Positions 1 to 13,169 are shown, counted from the whole stretch's first letter. The stretch is DNA of 63,280 nucleotides, filler included, from Cercozoa sp. M6MM (GCA_040357565.1; 9 parts of 9 records of this genome joined end to end with filler, not necessarily neighbours in it); one strand, 5' to 3'. A program made the numbers and translations. The notes: generated by a model from the sequence alone, not told the origin.

Positions 1-90
<90 letters not shown>
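1..90. repeat. (CA)n microsatellite, intronic, at contig end; similar tracts at 601-645, 10442-10534, 18668-18702, 24932-25035, 41738-41950, 42992-43060, 59722-59767, 63235-63280
   Basis: Directly visible; many contig breaks fall in these tracts. Confidence 0.97.
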
Positions 91-91
91 A

Positions 92-797
92 CCTGCACAC
101 GTACCGCGGCGGCAGGCCGCGCAGCGCGACGGGCTGGAGCAGCAGCATCTGGTCTCGGCTGCTGCGCGGGTCGCTTCTTGGCCTGCTGCGCGGGTCGCTT
201 CTTGGGTAGCAGGTTGCTCCACGCAGTAGCGGCGGGCTCCTGCGCTCCGTCCGCTTGCGCGCTGGCACTCGTGCTTGAAGCGTCCTGATCGGTTCGCTGC
301 TGTCTCTCCTGTTTCTTTGCCGCCGCCGCAGCCTCGGCCCTCTGCTTTCGTCGCTGTTGCTCCTGCTGCTCTTGGCGCTGCTGTTGCCGCCTGCGCTCCT
401 GCTGTTGTTGCTGCTTGCGCTGTCGCTGCTTTCGTTGGCGTCGTGTGGCCTTGGACTCGACTGCCGCCCAGTTGTGCTGCGCGTTGCCTCTCTCGTCAAG
501 AAGTCGGTCCGACAGCGACTGCTCGACGGCGGCAGCGTCGCCTTCGCATCGTCGCACCAGCGCCCGCGCCTCACTGGCGCTAATTGACGGTGCTGCCAAA
601 CACACACACACACACACACACACATACACACACACACCCACACACCACTTCACGCAGTGATTCTGACAGGGTCAAAATTGTTACCGATCGCCCTCACGAG
701 CGCCACCTGCCAGGGTGACAGAAAAATTTAAATTCAAGAGGAAGGCACGAACGCACAGACACAGCGTTAAATTTACCAGCTCGTGCTCTGACGTCAT
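92..797 (-). CDS. 5' part of a UBA/CUE-like domain protein with Q/R-rich low-complexity tail (UBAP2/Def1/GIP1-like architecture); 3' truncated
   Basis: Spliced GT-AG exons give MTSEHEL|VALVRAI|APSISASEARALVRRCEGDAAAVEQSLSDRLLDERGNAQHNWAAVESKATRRQRK...: a small helical bundle followed by a W-x-x-V-x-x-K motif. Confidence 0.55.
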
Positions 798-1115
798 CAC
801 TGTATCACTGTGGAGAGGGCAGGTGTGGTTGTGTGATCTGACTCTGCACAAAAACGAGAATTTTGAGACGAGAAAAATCTTTTTGGCATCTTTTTTGGAT
901 AGAGGGCGTGTGGTTGTGAGTACTGAGTGTGTGTGTGGGGTACCTTAACCTCCAGCCATTTAGCTAGCCACGGTTCTGCCGTTTTCGAACTCCCAACACG
1001 CCCTTAACTGTTGAGCCGAAAAGTAGTTGAGCCGGAAATTTAGATTGAGCCAAAACGTTGCAGGGACCTGTTTGAAGTGCGTCTGCGTGTGTGCGACAGT
1101 ACGTGGTACTACAGA

Positions 1116-1600
1116 ATGCTGCAGCGAGTTCTTGCGCGACGTATCGCTCCGGTAGGATGAACTGACATGTCCGCAAACCAGAGATCAAATTCCATATATC
1201 CTGTGCCCAGACCACGTCGACGCTCCGCGCGTTCGCTACGTTCGACCGTACAAAGGAGCATGTCAACGTCGGTACGGTCGGTCACGTCGATCATGGCAAG
1301 GTACACAACCGGTGTCTCGTTGGCCATTCCTCCAGCAGTTGAGATTTTGTCAATTTTATTTTGTGTGCGACTCGCAGACGACGCTGTCGGCCGCCATCTC
1401 CAAGGTCCTGGCCGAGCAGGCCGGCCAAGGAGAGGGCGTCAAGAGCTACGCCGACATCGACAGTGCGCCGGAGGAGCGTGCTCGCGGCATCACCATCAAC
1501 TCGGGTACCACCGCGGTCTGCCTGGAGGCTCTGTCTGTCACATGTGCGTGCGAGAGCAGCCCACATCGAGTACATGACGGACAAGCGTCACTACAGTCAT

Positions 1601-1647
<47 letters not shown>

Positions 1648-2614
1648 CGCTGCCACTATGGAGGGTGCTATTCTTGTGGTCTCCGCCACGGACGGCCCGA
1701 TGCCGCAGACGCGCGAGCACATCCTGCTGGCCAAGCAAGTCGGTATTCCGCGCATGGTCGTGTTCCTCAACAAGTGCGACCAGGCTGACGATGAGGAGCT
1801 GCTCGAACTCGTTGAGGAGGAGATCCGCGATCTGCTGTCGCAGTACGACTACGACGGCGACAGCACGCCGATCGTGCGCGGCTCAGCGCTGAAGGCGCTC
1901 GAGGGTGACCAGTCGCCGATTGGCGTGCCGGCCGTGATGCAGCTTATGGAGCACGTCGATTCGTACATCGAGACGCCTGAGCGTGACATCGACAAGCCGT
2001 TCATGATGCCGATTGAGAACGTCTTCTCTATTGGCGGCCGCGGCACGGTGGCGACGGGCTGTGTCGAGCAGGGCGTGCTCAACGTGAACGACGACCTCGA
2101 GGTCATGGGCCTGCAGGATAATGTCGTCAAGACAACGTGCACGGGCGTGCAGATGTTCCACAAGGACCTCGAGCGCGGCCAGGCCGGTGACAACCTCGGT
2201 GCGCTGCTGCGCGGTCTCAAGCGCGAGGACATTCGCCGCGGCCAGGTTATCTGCGCGCCTGGCACGCAGAAGATGTACCGCAACTTCCAGGCCGAGCTGT
2301 ACGCCCTCACTCGTGAGGAGGGCGGCCGTCACAGCGCCTTCCAGACCGGCTACCAGCCGCAGGTCTTTGTGCGCACCGCTGACGTCAACGGCACCGTCAT
2401 GTTGCCGGAAGGCACGGAGCTGGTGTCGCCGGGCGACACGGCCACCGTCGACATCCACCTGCAGCTCCCGGTGGTGCTCGAGCCCGGTCTGCGATTCGCT
2501 CTCCGAGAGGGTGTGTTGCGTTGTCCTTGTGTGTGTGGGGTGGGTGGCGCTTGATGCTCTGTGCTTGCAGGTGGCCGGACTGTCGCCGCCGGCACGATCG
2601 CATCCTGCGAGTAA
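1116..2614 (+). CDS. TUFM: Elongation factor Tu, mitochondrial (nuclear-encoded, 4 introns)
   Basis: Presequence-like [16 protein letters not shown]; GHVDHGK|[42 protein letters not shown]|GRTVAAG; stop TAA 2612-2614. Confidence 0.97.
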
Positions 2615-3039
2615 TGCATAGTTGATTGGTGGTTAGTTGGTTAGTTCAGTCTCCTGAGGAACCAACTGTAGAGTTTTCCTGCACCGGTACAGTACTGGGG
2701 TGCACCAACTATGAAGTCGACGACTTCCGTGGAACGTCAAAAGGGAAGATGTATGGTCCTGCCCCGAGCGAGCGGTAGACACGGCCATGCTCTTGTGACC
2801 CACCCCAGACTGAACATATTAGTCTGTCAGTGAACTCAGGTTGCATCACAGGCTGGCACCAAGTTGTGTTTGTAGGTTTTGCGTTCGCCTTCACTTTGCG
2901 AAAGTGTTTGTTGGAGTTCGTCACTTGTGCGTGCACTAGGGACCAATAGAACGATCTAGTCAATAAATTTACAGTCAACTTAAGATGCAAGAGCAGACAA
3001 TTTGCAAAGTTCTCGCTCTCGACGAAGCTGCTCGATGTC

Positions 3040-3910
3040 AGCCTGCAGTTGAGTCTGCTTGGTTGTGTGCGACGCACTTGAGTCTCCAGCACTGCTTTTT
3101 CTTGGACTCAACTGGGAGGATGCGAGTTACTGAAAAAGTGAAAAAACACACCACGTTCCACGCGCTGCAGCTCCGTCTTTTTTGTCTCTACAAGTTAATG
3201 TTTCTCCTTTTTGCTGATCCTTGGGAGTACTAAGCTCAGTGCGCATTCTCTGACTCTCATCGCGTAGATTTCTCATTTGCGCTTGCTGTTGTTCAATCTT
3301 CACTTGCTATCGCTCCTTTTCTGTGCAAGATAATTGCGTGCACAGGCGTAACTTAAACAACAATCTGAGCGATGATACAATACCCTCTTCGTGTCCTTGC
3401 CGAGTGTCGCAACTTGAGCTTCAACAGTCGATTTTTTCTGGAAGAGAAGGATGCCTTTGACTTCAGACTGTCCAGAAGCAGTGAAAACAGATAGTACCTT
3501 GTTTGACCCGTTCCACTGCAGCAGTTCTTTTTTTTTAAACCAAATACTAACAACTTCCATCTGGGGTGTGTTCGCTGTTAACCGAAAAAACTGTAAGTAT
3601 AAATACCAAGCTTGGTTTGCACAGTTTCAACTGTTCGATCGGTTTCTTGCTGCGGGCGTATCGATAAGCACAACTGACCTCCTAAGTTCTGGTACCATTC
3701 GTTGCTGCAAGTTGCGTAGTTCTTCTTGTGTTGACTCCGGTCGCTGCTTTGTTTCGCCGAACTGGAAACAGTGATGCCGAGTTTATGACATTCTTTGGCA
3801 ACGTTTTGTCGCTTGAGTAGAAATTGCCGATTCTGCTGACTGGACACTCGGTAGTTCGGCGCTAATATGGCGTTGCTGGCGTTAATTTTGCGTGCTTCGT
3901 CGGACTTGGA
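3040..3910 (-). CDS. Hypothetical coiled-coil protein, multi-exon fragment; boundaries uncertain
   Basis: Short heptad-like exons (QEELRNLQQRM, KIEQQQAQMRNLRDESQRMRTEL) between GT-AG introns; not fully reconstructed. Confidence 0.3.
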
Positions 3911-3949
3911 GAATTACCAGACGCGTTAAGGAAAGGGGAGGAAGGTAAG

Positions 3950-4049
3950 NNNNNNNNNNNNNNNNNNNNNNNNNNNNNNNNNNNNNNNNNNNNTTAATTA
4001 ATTAANNNNNNNNNNNNNNNNNNNNNNNNNNNNNNNNNNNNNNNNNNNN
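3950..4049. other. Artificial contig spacer N44-TTAATTAATTAA-N44 (six-frame stop linker); also at 10535-10634, 12957-13056, 18703-18801, 40422-40521, 46530-46629, 49059-49158, 59622-59721
   Basis: Near-identical ~100-nt construct repeated 8 times. Confidence 0.99.
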
Positions 4050-4549
4050 GTAGTGGGCGTGTGTGACAATGGCAAGTTGATCGGCGCACTTTCGGTGCGC
4101 GATTTGAAGACACTGTCCACTGATGCTGGCCTCATGTGGAAGGTACTTCTTCCTGTCCCACTACCTTTTTTACCCCCCCTACCTCCGCTCTGTTTGGATA
4201 GCTGCACACGAAGCTGCGCGACTTCCTTCGCAGTTCGCAAATCGCCGACGGCAGCGAGGAGCGTCCGCTGAAGGTTTGCTCCCCCTTACAGCCACGCCAC
4301 CCCTTTACCCCCCCTCTGGCAGGTGCTTACCGTAGCAGCCTCCAGTACGCTGGAGCAGGTGCTGGAAGTGCTCTCGCAGCACAAGGTGCACCGCGTCTTT
4401 GTCACCGATTCCGACGGCAAGCCCACCGGCGTCTGCTCGCTCAAGGACCTGCTGTACCTCCTTCTTTCTTCTTCTGTGGTTTGCTGCTTTGATTTTTCGT
4501 TTTGACTGTGTCCCTACGCAGACTCGAACTGGTCACGGTGCACGAGTAA
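4050..4549 (+). CDS. CBS-domain protein (AMPK-gamma/SDS23-like), 3' fragment
   Basis: VVGVCDNGKLIGALSVRDLK ... VLTVAASSTLEQVLEVLSQHKVHRVFVTDSDGKPTGVCSLKDLL|LELVTVHE*; three GT-AG introns. Confidence 0.88.
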
Positions 4550-5225
4550 CGCAATCGATATCATTGATTGCCCCTGGCGGTCCCCGCACCGCGGCCTTCC
4601 GTTTTTTTTTTAATAAACTGTAAAAACTACTACTGCGCACACTGACTGCGACTCAGGCCGCTAAATCTAGAACTCTCTCCAGTGCGCAGTTGGCCAGCTA
4701 AGTCCCTTAAGTTTCCCAGGACAAGTAAGTCCCAGTCAACCCCAGCTAAGCTTAGGTACTTCAAACACGCGTCCTCACGTGAGAGGAGATGTGGATGACA
4801 TTTTCCAGAAATTTCAATTTGTTTATTTCCCCGGCCCATGATGTGGTACCTTTTCAACCCAGCGACTCCTGGAAAAAGTCTTTGCGCGATTCGTCATGTT
4901 GAGTAGAATGAAGACACACTTTGCTACTACAAAGCACAGTCATGCTGATTCTCCATAAAATACCAACACCAAGGTTTGCTCTGACTTTTTGCCATCGTTG
5001 TGGTGCGGTCTTCAAGCTGGGGCGATCTAGCGGAGGACTCATGCAGTATCGGTGCGCAAGCGCAAGTGAGCGGCGTGCTGCATGCGTCCTGGATCCTTTC
5101 CTGTATGGTATGGTGACACACAGGAAGCGCACTGACAAGCTGAACTCGAACTGACTGACTCAACGAGAATCACTCAGTACAGTACAGTAGACTGAACTAA
5201 GTACGACGAACCTCAGCACTTTGAA

Positions 5226-6850
5226 CTACGACGGACCTGAACACTTGTGGTGATGTTTGTCGTCTTGCGACTTGAACTTGTGCCGGCACTTCTCGCAGCG
5301 CAATTGATCTGGGTACGGGTACAACGGGCAGGAGAATTTGTGATCGTTCTTGTCATTTCGAGAACGAAACGTGTATCCACACCCGTGAGCGCAGAGCTGC
5401 TTCTTCGCGAGTTTGCACTTGAACTTGTGATCCGCCTTGTCGTTTTTGGACTTGAACTTGTGTCCGCAACCACGGGCGCAGAACAGCTTTTCGGATACGG
5501 ATAGGTGGGGCAGTCGAACTGGTGGTTCCAACCGTCGTGTCGCGTTTTCGGCTGATACCCGCACCCGTACTGGCAAGACCGAGGAGCAGGTGCACACAGA
5601 CACCGGACTCGTGATCGGCTTTGACGTGTTTCGAGGTGCCCCTAATATATTTGTCAGTGTATCTTGGTTGAATACGAAAATGCGAATAATCAGTGGAAAG
5701 TAAACACTTGGCTCATTTGCTGTACCTGAAACCACAGCCGTACTTGCAGTCAAGAGTCACAGTCACACCGCGCCGGGCGAGCTCGGCGCTGTACTGTTCT
5801 CGTAGCAAGTACTGTCGCTGGTGTAACTCGCCTTGGCGGAGCACTGCTTTGCAAGCAGCTGGCAAATCCTTCGGCAGCAAAGGAAGGACACCTTCGCATG
5901 ATGCGACGCCAATGAACTCGAAGACACGCAAGCCTGCGTGGAAGACCCGGTGAAGGCAACTTGCCCCGTGCATCATGAGTTCGGGTGATCGGCCGATGCG
6001 GTTGAGTCGGGCCAAGTGCAAAGCGTACCGACGTGCCACTGCCTTCGCAGCGGCCAGCGTCATCATCTGCTTTGTGAGGGCGGAGTTGTAGCCGCCTGCT
6101 CGCCACCATCCACTCACGCCAATCGCGAGAATCACAACGACTTTGTTGACGTCCGTCTCGGTCCGCGGAGTCGCGCCAATCGAGATCTCAAACGCGAAGG
6201 CCAGTTGCTTGACGAACTCAGCAATGGCCGGGCTGTCATCGTCGAAGAGCGAACGTGCTACAGTCGCGCTCTCTTCTAAAGTACACTATTGTAAATGCGT
6301 CTGTTCATCGATTTTAGTAAATTACTTGTATATACAGACACCGTTTGACTTGTTGTACTGGTAAATTTTCTTGGTATACAACTATTCCTAATACTGCAGG
6401 AACAAGCGAAGATTTCACCAGTACCATCTTTTCGTGAATGTCTCTTGTTTTTCCACAGTTTTGGGCTCAGACGCAAGGGCACAACCACACCATCCACCCT
6501 GTCGTCAGGTGGTTGCTCTGGCAGAGATGCCACGGCGAGCTTTTCAAAGTGCGCCGACAATCTTGCGATGGCTTCTTCAAGGTTGCTGGCTGCATCAGTG
6601 TTCTCACCGGCAGAGTCTTCGTTTTCGGTGACGCCAGTACCCTGTTTAAAAACACACACCGCAATGAAGGCAATTAGCGGCCCAGTATTGAAATCGACTC
6701 ACGTAAGCGTAGTCTCTGGGAATGTGCGCCTCAAGTCCAATGAGATCACAGAACAATAATCCAGGGTGTACAATACAGTACAAGAAACTAAAATTTACAG
6801 ACCACAAGAGTGTGCCCGCCCGGGTGTGTCGTGCGTGCTTTGCGTTGCAC
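5226..6850 (-). pseudogene. Gene with C-terminal array of five TRAF-like C2HC zinc fingers interrupted by two frameshifts; start uncertain
   Basis: CKYGCGFR|GTSKHVKADHESGVC; (new frame) CQYGCGYQPKTRHDGWNHQFDC; (new frame) CARGCGHKFKSKNDKADHKFKC, CAHGCGYTFRSRNDKNDHKFSC, CEKCRHKFKSQDDKHHHKC. Confidence 0.65.
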
Positions 6851-7082
6851 AGAACCAGACAGATCTGAAGCACAGTCGTACTGCAAGAAGACAGTCAAGC
6901 TTCAGTTGTTTTCGGGGTTTCGTCAAAACTGTGTCAAAACGGGTAGAAAATGATGCGACCTCCCCAAACTAAAAAACGTTTTGGATGGAAACTGAAGCTG
7001 CACTACTGTACACAAAAAGCAGTGTGAACCTGTCTGAGACAAAGCTGAGGCGTTGCTGTGGTTCTAAGACAACTATTTAACC

Positions 7083-10000
7083 ATGCTGTGCCTGTTATTG
7101 GCATTGGTCGGGGTGGCAACCGCCTTGGCCACCGGGTAAATTTCGCTTTTTTGTTGTTTGTTTGCTCAAATCACGGGTTGTCCCGTTTGCAGGCAAGAGA
7201 ATGCTTGGAGAGTGGGCTTTGGAAAGGCCGACGTTACCGGCCCTGTTGCTGAACTTGTGATGGTGCGCGCACGCCTGTTCCCTACTCGCAACCTGTTGTG
7301 ATACCCTAATTTTGATTGGAGCAGATGGGCTATGCACAGCCGTCAATGAAAGCGGCAGGTCTGCACACACGTCTGTTCGCGCGAGCTTCTGTATTTCAGC
7401 ACGGTACAGTCAGAATCACCGGTTTCGCTTGTTTGTTGCAAACATTGAAAGTCACAAACTGGGCAGAAGGCAAGACAGTCGCAATCGTGAGCGCCGACTT
7501 GGGCCAGTACACTTGCATTTAGACGATACTGAAAAGAAGATTATGAGCAGTCCACACTCCATCCCTGAGCTTTCGCAGGATCTTTGTGGCCACGAAAGCG
7601 GCTATCGTGGCTGAAATCTGCAGTCGACTGCAGCCCGAGCCATGTCCTTTCACCGAGGAGAACACCATGTTGAGTGCTACGCATACGCACAGGTAAAGCT
7701 CGACTTTTGCTTGTGCCGGTCAGTACTAGTCTCCGCGCGGACGAAAGAGTTTCCTTGCAGTGGACCTGGAGGGTATGCACAGCGACCATTGTACGACCTA
7801 GGAGCCTTTCCTTCGCTGTTCAATGCGCCGAATTTCGACAAGATCGTTCGTGGCACTGCTCGAGCCGTCGTGCAGGCTTTTCGCAGTTTGGTCGGTTTAC
7901 TTTTAGCCTCAGTTTTCATCAATCGATGATTAATAGTGTCCTTGCGTGTTTAGACGGATGCGTCGATTTGCGTTGCACACGGCCGCTTGCCTTCGCCTGG
8001 TGGGTGTGTTAGTTCTGTATGCCCCTTCAGGTCTGAATTTCAGTGTGTCCACTGCAGAAAAGGCAGTGACATTGGCATTAATCGAAGTGAGCGAAGCTAC
8101 TACGCTAATCCTGAGGAGTTGCGCGCGAAATACGACACCGACGTCGACGATTTCGTGGTGCACATGCGTGTCGACAGTGCTGTCACTAGGTATGCGGGTC
8201 AACGCGTTCGAATCAGAGAAGTTGAATTCGTCCACTTTTCCTTTGTGTGAAGAGAGAATTTGGGCACGCTGACCTGGGCTTCGACACACGGAACTTCAAT
8301 GAACAACACAAACCTGTTGGTAGGAAATCTTAAAGTCCACCCCATTGAACTGACTCGAATTCTTTGGATTCCAACGCACAGGTGAGTGCTGACAACAAAG
8401 GCTACGCCGCTCAACTGTTTGAGGAGTGGCAGCACAATGTTGCACTCTTCCTTTCGTCGAGTCTCGGTACAGTCGCTATAAAACGATGCGGTTCCTTTGA
8501 GCAACAGAATGCTGTAGGCGACGTCTCACCAAACACACTGGGTGCTTTCTGTCCCGACGGTCGTCCTTGCCATGTACGCTTTCCTTGTTTTTTTTTTAAC
8601 CCTTTGGACGCTACTGTGCCGCAGGAAGGCGGCGTCTGTGACAGTCTTGGGCGCATCATCTGTCGAGGCATTGGACCAGGCGAGGCGCCTCCCACCAACG
8701 TATACTCCTTCTTTCTTCATAGCACAAAGTTATGACTTCTGAAATATAAGCACAGGGCACACAAGAAGACAGCGCGAAAATCATCGGCGAACGTCAGTTC
8801 TTTGCTGCTCGAGATCTGTTTCGCTCCTGCGACTCGCCGTACGTCCTGTCTTTGCGCACACTGTTTGTGTACTGTGTCGGTGGTGTGGGGAAGGGTATTC
8901 TCCACACAGTCAGTACACGGGCGATCACGTGAAGAACGTCGAAACACGTCGGATTACGAACGAGGCGAAATTGGACTTCCGTCATCGCTGGACGGACATG
9001 GAGCGAGTTGAAGTTCCGAGTGATTTCACTGCGACCGGCAAAGTCGAAAAGACGTGTCGTGCTGCGTTTGGCGCCGCTTTCGCCGCTGGAACAACTGTGA
9101 GTTGTCGTCGATCAGTTGCCTTTTTTTAATGTGTTTTGTGCCGCGCTGTGCTCTGCAGGATGGACAAGGTGCGACGGAACTCGGCTTCCGACAGGGCGAG
9201 ACGTATCCCGGCTTGAAAACCAAAGTAATCGACACCAAACTGAATCTCTCTTGGCTATGGGCCTTTGTTATTGTCCTTGGTGTATTAGATCCAAAGAGAA
9301 ACGGCACAGAGATTGACGCGTGCGATTCCTACTTGTAAGTTCGCTTTGATGTGGTGATACGATAATCCCTTATCACACATCCGTTGGGAGTAGCCGAGGA
9401 CAAGAGATGCCACCGTCCGAAGCCGATTTTCTTGGCGACAACATCAGACAAACTCGACACTGATTGGACTCCTCGGTGTATGCTTCTGTGTTCGCGGCAT
9501 AGACTGTGTGTATGACTGGCAGCAATGTGTGTTGATCATGAGTAGCACTGCCGATGCAATTGTTCCGATTCGGCGATTTCCTCGTCGCTGCTGGTGCTCA
9601 GGTATTGCTTGTGTTGTCTCTAATAAACTTAATCGAACACACGAACAACTCCCCTCCTCCCGCGTCGGCAGGAAGTGACCACGATGGCAGGTCGCATGCT
9701 GCGCGAGCGCATCGCACTGGCGTATTCCGAATCAAAGGCAGACACCGAGACTGTCGTTGCTTGGACAGGTTTTTCTGTTTCCTGTCCTTGTATCGCATTT
9801 TAAGACTATAAGAATAGGCCTGGCCAATGGCTACGCAAGCTACCTGACGACCTACTGGGAGTACCAACTGCAGCGATACGAAGCTGCCAGCACTTTGTTT
9901 GGGTAAAATAACATGCACGATGTCCTCCCCCTTCGCCGGGTTACCATCAATTTGACCCTTTTTTCTGTTAGACAACACCAACACGCGCTGTACTTGCAAT

Positions 10001-10431
10001 ATTTCAGGTAGGTTTTCTCACCAACAGCATCTTTGTTTTGTTCATTTCTTTTGTGCTTGCTCGCAGCGACCTTGCGAAAGCACTGGCGAAACAAGGGCCA
10101 CCGTCACTGCCACAGGGAACCCCGCAGAAGCCATGCGAAACCTCGCTGTAGCCTTTCTCTACCCCCCCCCCTTTTTTTAAACTTAAAACACTTCGTTTGA
10201 AACAGGTGCACCGTGACGCAGCTGCCGAATGCGCCGGTCGACACACTCGGCAGTGGAGATTTCTTTGGCCAGCGGTAAGTTGCTGTTCGGTCCATGTACA
10301 GTATCTCCCATTCTGTTGAGTAGTCACATAAGTGGTGTCGGTGCCTTTATAGACTGTCACAAACGTCGGTTAAACCATCGCCAGGTGACACAGTTCGTGT
10401 CGAGTTTGTCGGTGCCAACCCGCGTCACACG
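7083..10431 (+). CDS. Neutral/alkaline ceramidase with signal peptide, ~20 introns, 3' truncated by gap
   Basis: MLCLLLALVGVATALA; VGFGKADVTGP..MMGYA..GLHTRLFARA; SATHTHSGPGG; INRS..YYANPEE; HGTSMNNTN..DNKGYAA; GDVSPN; FAAGTTDG; EVTTMAGR; YQLQRYEAASTLFG; GANPRH. Confidence 0.95.
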
Positions 10432-10440
10432 GTATGCATA

Positions 10441-10534
<94 letters not shown>

Positions 10535-10685
10535 NNNNNNNNNNNNNNNNNNNNNNNNNNNNNNNNNNNNNNNNNNNNTTAATTAATTAANNNNNNNNNN
10601 NNNNNNNNNNNNNNNNNNNNNNNNNNNNNNNNNNCCCCCCCCCCCCGTATCATTTCTGCTTACCCCCCTCTTGTTGTAATTGCAG

Positions 10686-12864
10686 CTGCTGGTGTCGCTG
10701 GCATGTGCCGTGTTGCGCGCACTGTGGACACCTGGGTACAGCCTCCTACGCATGGACTGGATTGGACCGAGACTGGACTGAACTGACCCCGGGACTGGAC
10801 TGAACCCGGGGGGGGGGGGGGCAGGACTAAACTGAACCTGTGTGTTTGTGTCTGCAGCGACGACAGGTCGCAGTACGCGCAGTTGCACCTCGAAGTCAGC
10901 AAGATCGCCGAGCGCGCGCTCAAACACATCGGTATTGCCTTTACCCTCCTTTCCGCCCTACCCCTTACCCTTTACCCCTACCCCTTACCATTTACCCCTA
11001 CCCCTTACCATTTACCCCTACCCTTACCCTTTACCCCTCCCTCTTACCCTTTACCCTTTACCCCTACCCTTACCCTTTACCCCCTTTTACCCCCTGGCGC
11101 AGGGCAAGGCGCGAACACGGAGCTGCTGTGCGTGGCACTCGAGTTCGTGGCCTGCAGCGACCTGTCGCCGCTGATCGCGCTGGTGACCGAAACCGTCACT
11201 GCCGGTGTCCAGGACGGTGTCGATGACGGTGCCACCGATGGTGTGGCACGTGCGCTCAATCGTGCACTACTGGCCAAGTTGCGGGTACTGTCTCCCTGTG
11301 TCGTCCCTGTCCCACCTGCCCCCTGTCCCTGTCCCGCCTATCCCCTGTGGTCTGTGTGTGTGTGTGTGACGGTGTCGGTGTGTCGATGATGACAGGTGAG
11401 ACCGTCACTGCGAGCGCTGATTCCGCCGGTCGAACTGGCGCGTTTCGCCGCTGCACTCAGGGTACATATATGTATATGTATATCTGTATATGTGGGTATG
11501 TATATGTGTATATGTATATATGTATATATGTATATGTATAATATGTATATGTATAATATGTATATGTATACTATGTATATGTATAATATGTATATGTATA
11601 ATATGTATATGTATAATATGTATATGTATAATATGTAAGTATATGTAAAGAATATGTATATATACGTGTCTACGTATGCCAATACATACAATGTGCGCGT
11701 AGACACAAGAGATCGGTCCGGCCTGCCGTGCACTATCGCCGGCGTTGCCGCATCTCATCCGCGCGGCTGTGCAGGAGGCGCAGGCGCCGGTCAAGTCGGT
11801 ACACATGGACCACTTTGCCTCCCTATACTTTACCCCTTACCCCTCTACCTCCAGAGCAAGTCGATGCTGGCGTCGCGTGCCTCCAAACGCAGTGCCAAGC
11901 AGAAACAACTTTGTCGTGCTGCTGCCTCGGTAGGTCTACCCCTCTGCCCCCTTTACCCCTACCCCTTTACCCCTTTACCCCTCCCCCCGGACAGGACCTG
12001 CTGCACGTGGCCAGGCGACTGCACGCAGCGCACGAGGACAAGGTCGACGTGGTGGCATGCGCGCTGGCCTTCCACGCGGACGACGCCGTCCGCGCGGCCG
12101 CGCAGTGTCTGTCGCTGGCGCGGCCGACGGCGGCGATGCTGGCGCAGCTGACGCGGCGACTCTCGGCGAGCGACGACGACGACGGCGCTGTTGCAGAGGA
12201 GGACGGTGTCACTGACGGTGTCACCGATGGTGTCACTGACCACTGGGCCACTCTGATCGACACGTTGGCACGTGGCGACACCAACCTGGGTATGTCCCCC
12301 TATACCCCTACCCTCTTACCATCTACCTCACCCCCTCCCCCCGTACCCCATGCAGAGACACTGACGGCGTGGGCGCATGTGCTGACGGAGCGGTCGGAGG
12401 ACGCGGTGCTGCAGTCTCTGGCGGCGACGCTGGTGGACGCCTTGTCGCAGGCCGTGGATCGCGCCGATGCGCTGCACGTCTACGGTGCTACCCTGCCCTA
12501 CCCTACCCTACCCTGCCCTACCCTACCCTACCCTGCCCTACCCTACCCTACCCTACCCTACCCTACCCTACCCTAGCCTAGCCTAGCCTGGCCTACCCTA
12601 ACCTACCATACCCCCTATACAATGAGGTGTCAATGTGTGCAGACATGCGCGTGCCTCTGGTGCTGCTGCGCACACTGCTGCGACGACGCGGGCAAGGAGT
12701 GTGTGCCGCCGAGAAGGAGGTGCTGCCGCGACTACTGCGCGCGCTGCTGCAGGTGCTGTCGCTGCCGCCGCTGCTGCCGCTGGCCTGCCTGGCGGGACAG
12801 GTGCTGCGCCGACTCGCTGCGGCTGCGCCGGCCCACTTGGCCACGTCGCTGCGTTTCTTGTGCG
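10686..12864 (+). CDS. Internal fragment of a large Leu/Ala-rich helical (HEAT/ARM-like) protein
   Basis: Nine phase-compatible GT-AG exons with GC-rich codons; no diagnostic motif, only a faint resemblance to HEATR1/UTP10. Confidence 0.6.
10940..11095. repeat. Intronic (T)TTACCC(C) satellite; related tracts at 11830, 11940, 39780-39910 (G-strand), 40169-40340, 45937-46112, 49170-49960, 56400-57205, 59230-59620
   Basis: Degenerate tandem TTTACCCC/TACCCT units confined to introns. Confidence 0.93.
11463..11665. repeat. Intronic (TATATG/TATAATATG)n minisatellite
   Basis: Directly visible tandem units filling one intron. Confidence 0.93.
12488..12615. repeat. Intronic (CCCTA)n pentamer array; again at 12880-12956
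   Basis: Directly visible. Confidence 0.93.
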
Positions 12865-13169
12865 GTGCGTCTGTGCCTCCTCCCTACCCTACCCCTCTCT
12901 GCCTCCCTATCCTACCCTACCCTACCATGCCCTACCCTACTCTACCTGCCCTACCCNNNNNNNNNNNNNNNNNNNNNNNNNNNNNNNNNNNNNNNNNNNN
13001 TTAATTAATTAANNNNNNNNNNNNNNNNNNNNNNNNNNNNNNNNNNNNNNNNNNNNTGTGTGTGTGTGTGTGTGTCGGCGGGCACGTGCCAGTGTGATCG
13101 TCTCAAATGTGCACGTTCCACTGTGCACGTGTTACTGTTGATATGTACATGTGTGGTCACTTCGGGCAG

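Noticed and set aside
1116-2614. Bacterial tuf or contamination
   Set aside because: Four GT-AG introns and an N-terminal presequence indicate nuclear-encoded mitochondrial EF-Tu
3994-4005. Recurrent TTAATTAATTAA as a biological repeat or piggyBac target site
   Set aside because: Always centred in N padding; it is a synthetic six-frame-stop contig linker
4630-5160. Possible small gene with a CxxC motif (Rpp21-like)
   Set aside because: Could not build a consistent spliced model; second CxxC missing
10686-12864. Naming this gene HEATR1/UTP10
   Set aside because: Resemblance too weak without an alignment
10940-12956. Interstitial canonical telomeric repeats
   Set aside because: TTTACCC is not the complement of TTAGGG or TTTAGGG; only the (CCCTA)n tract resembles TAGGG, and it is intronic
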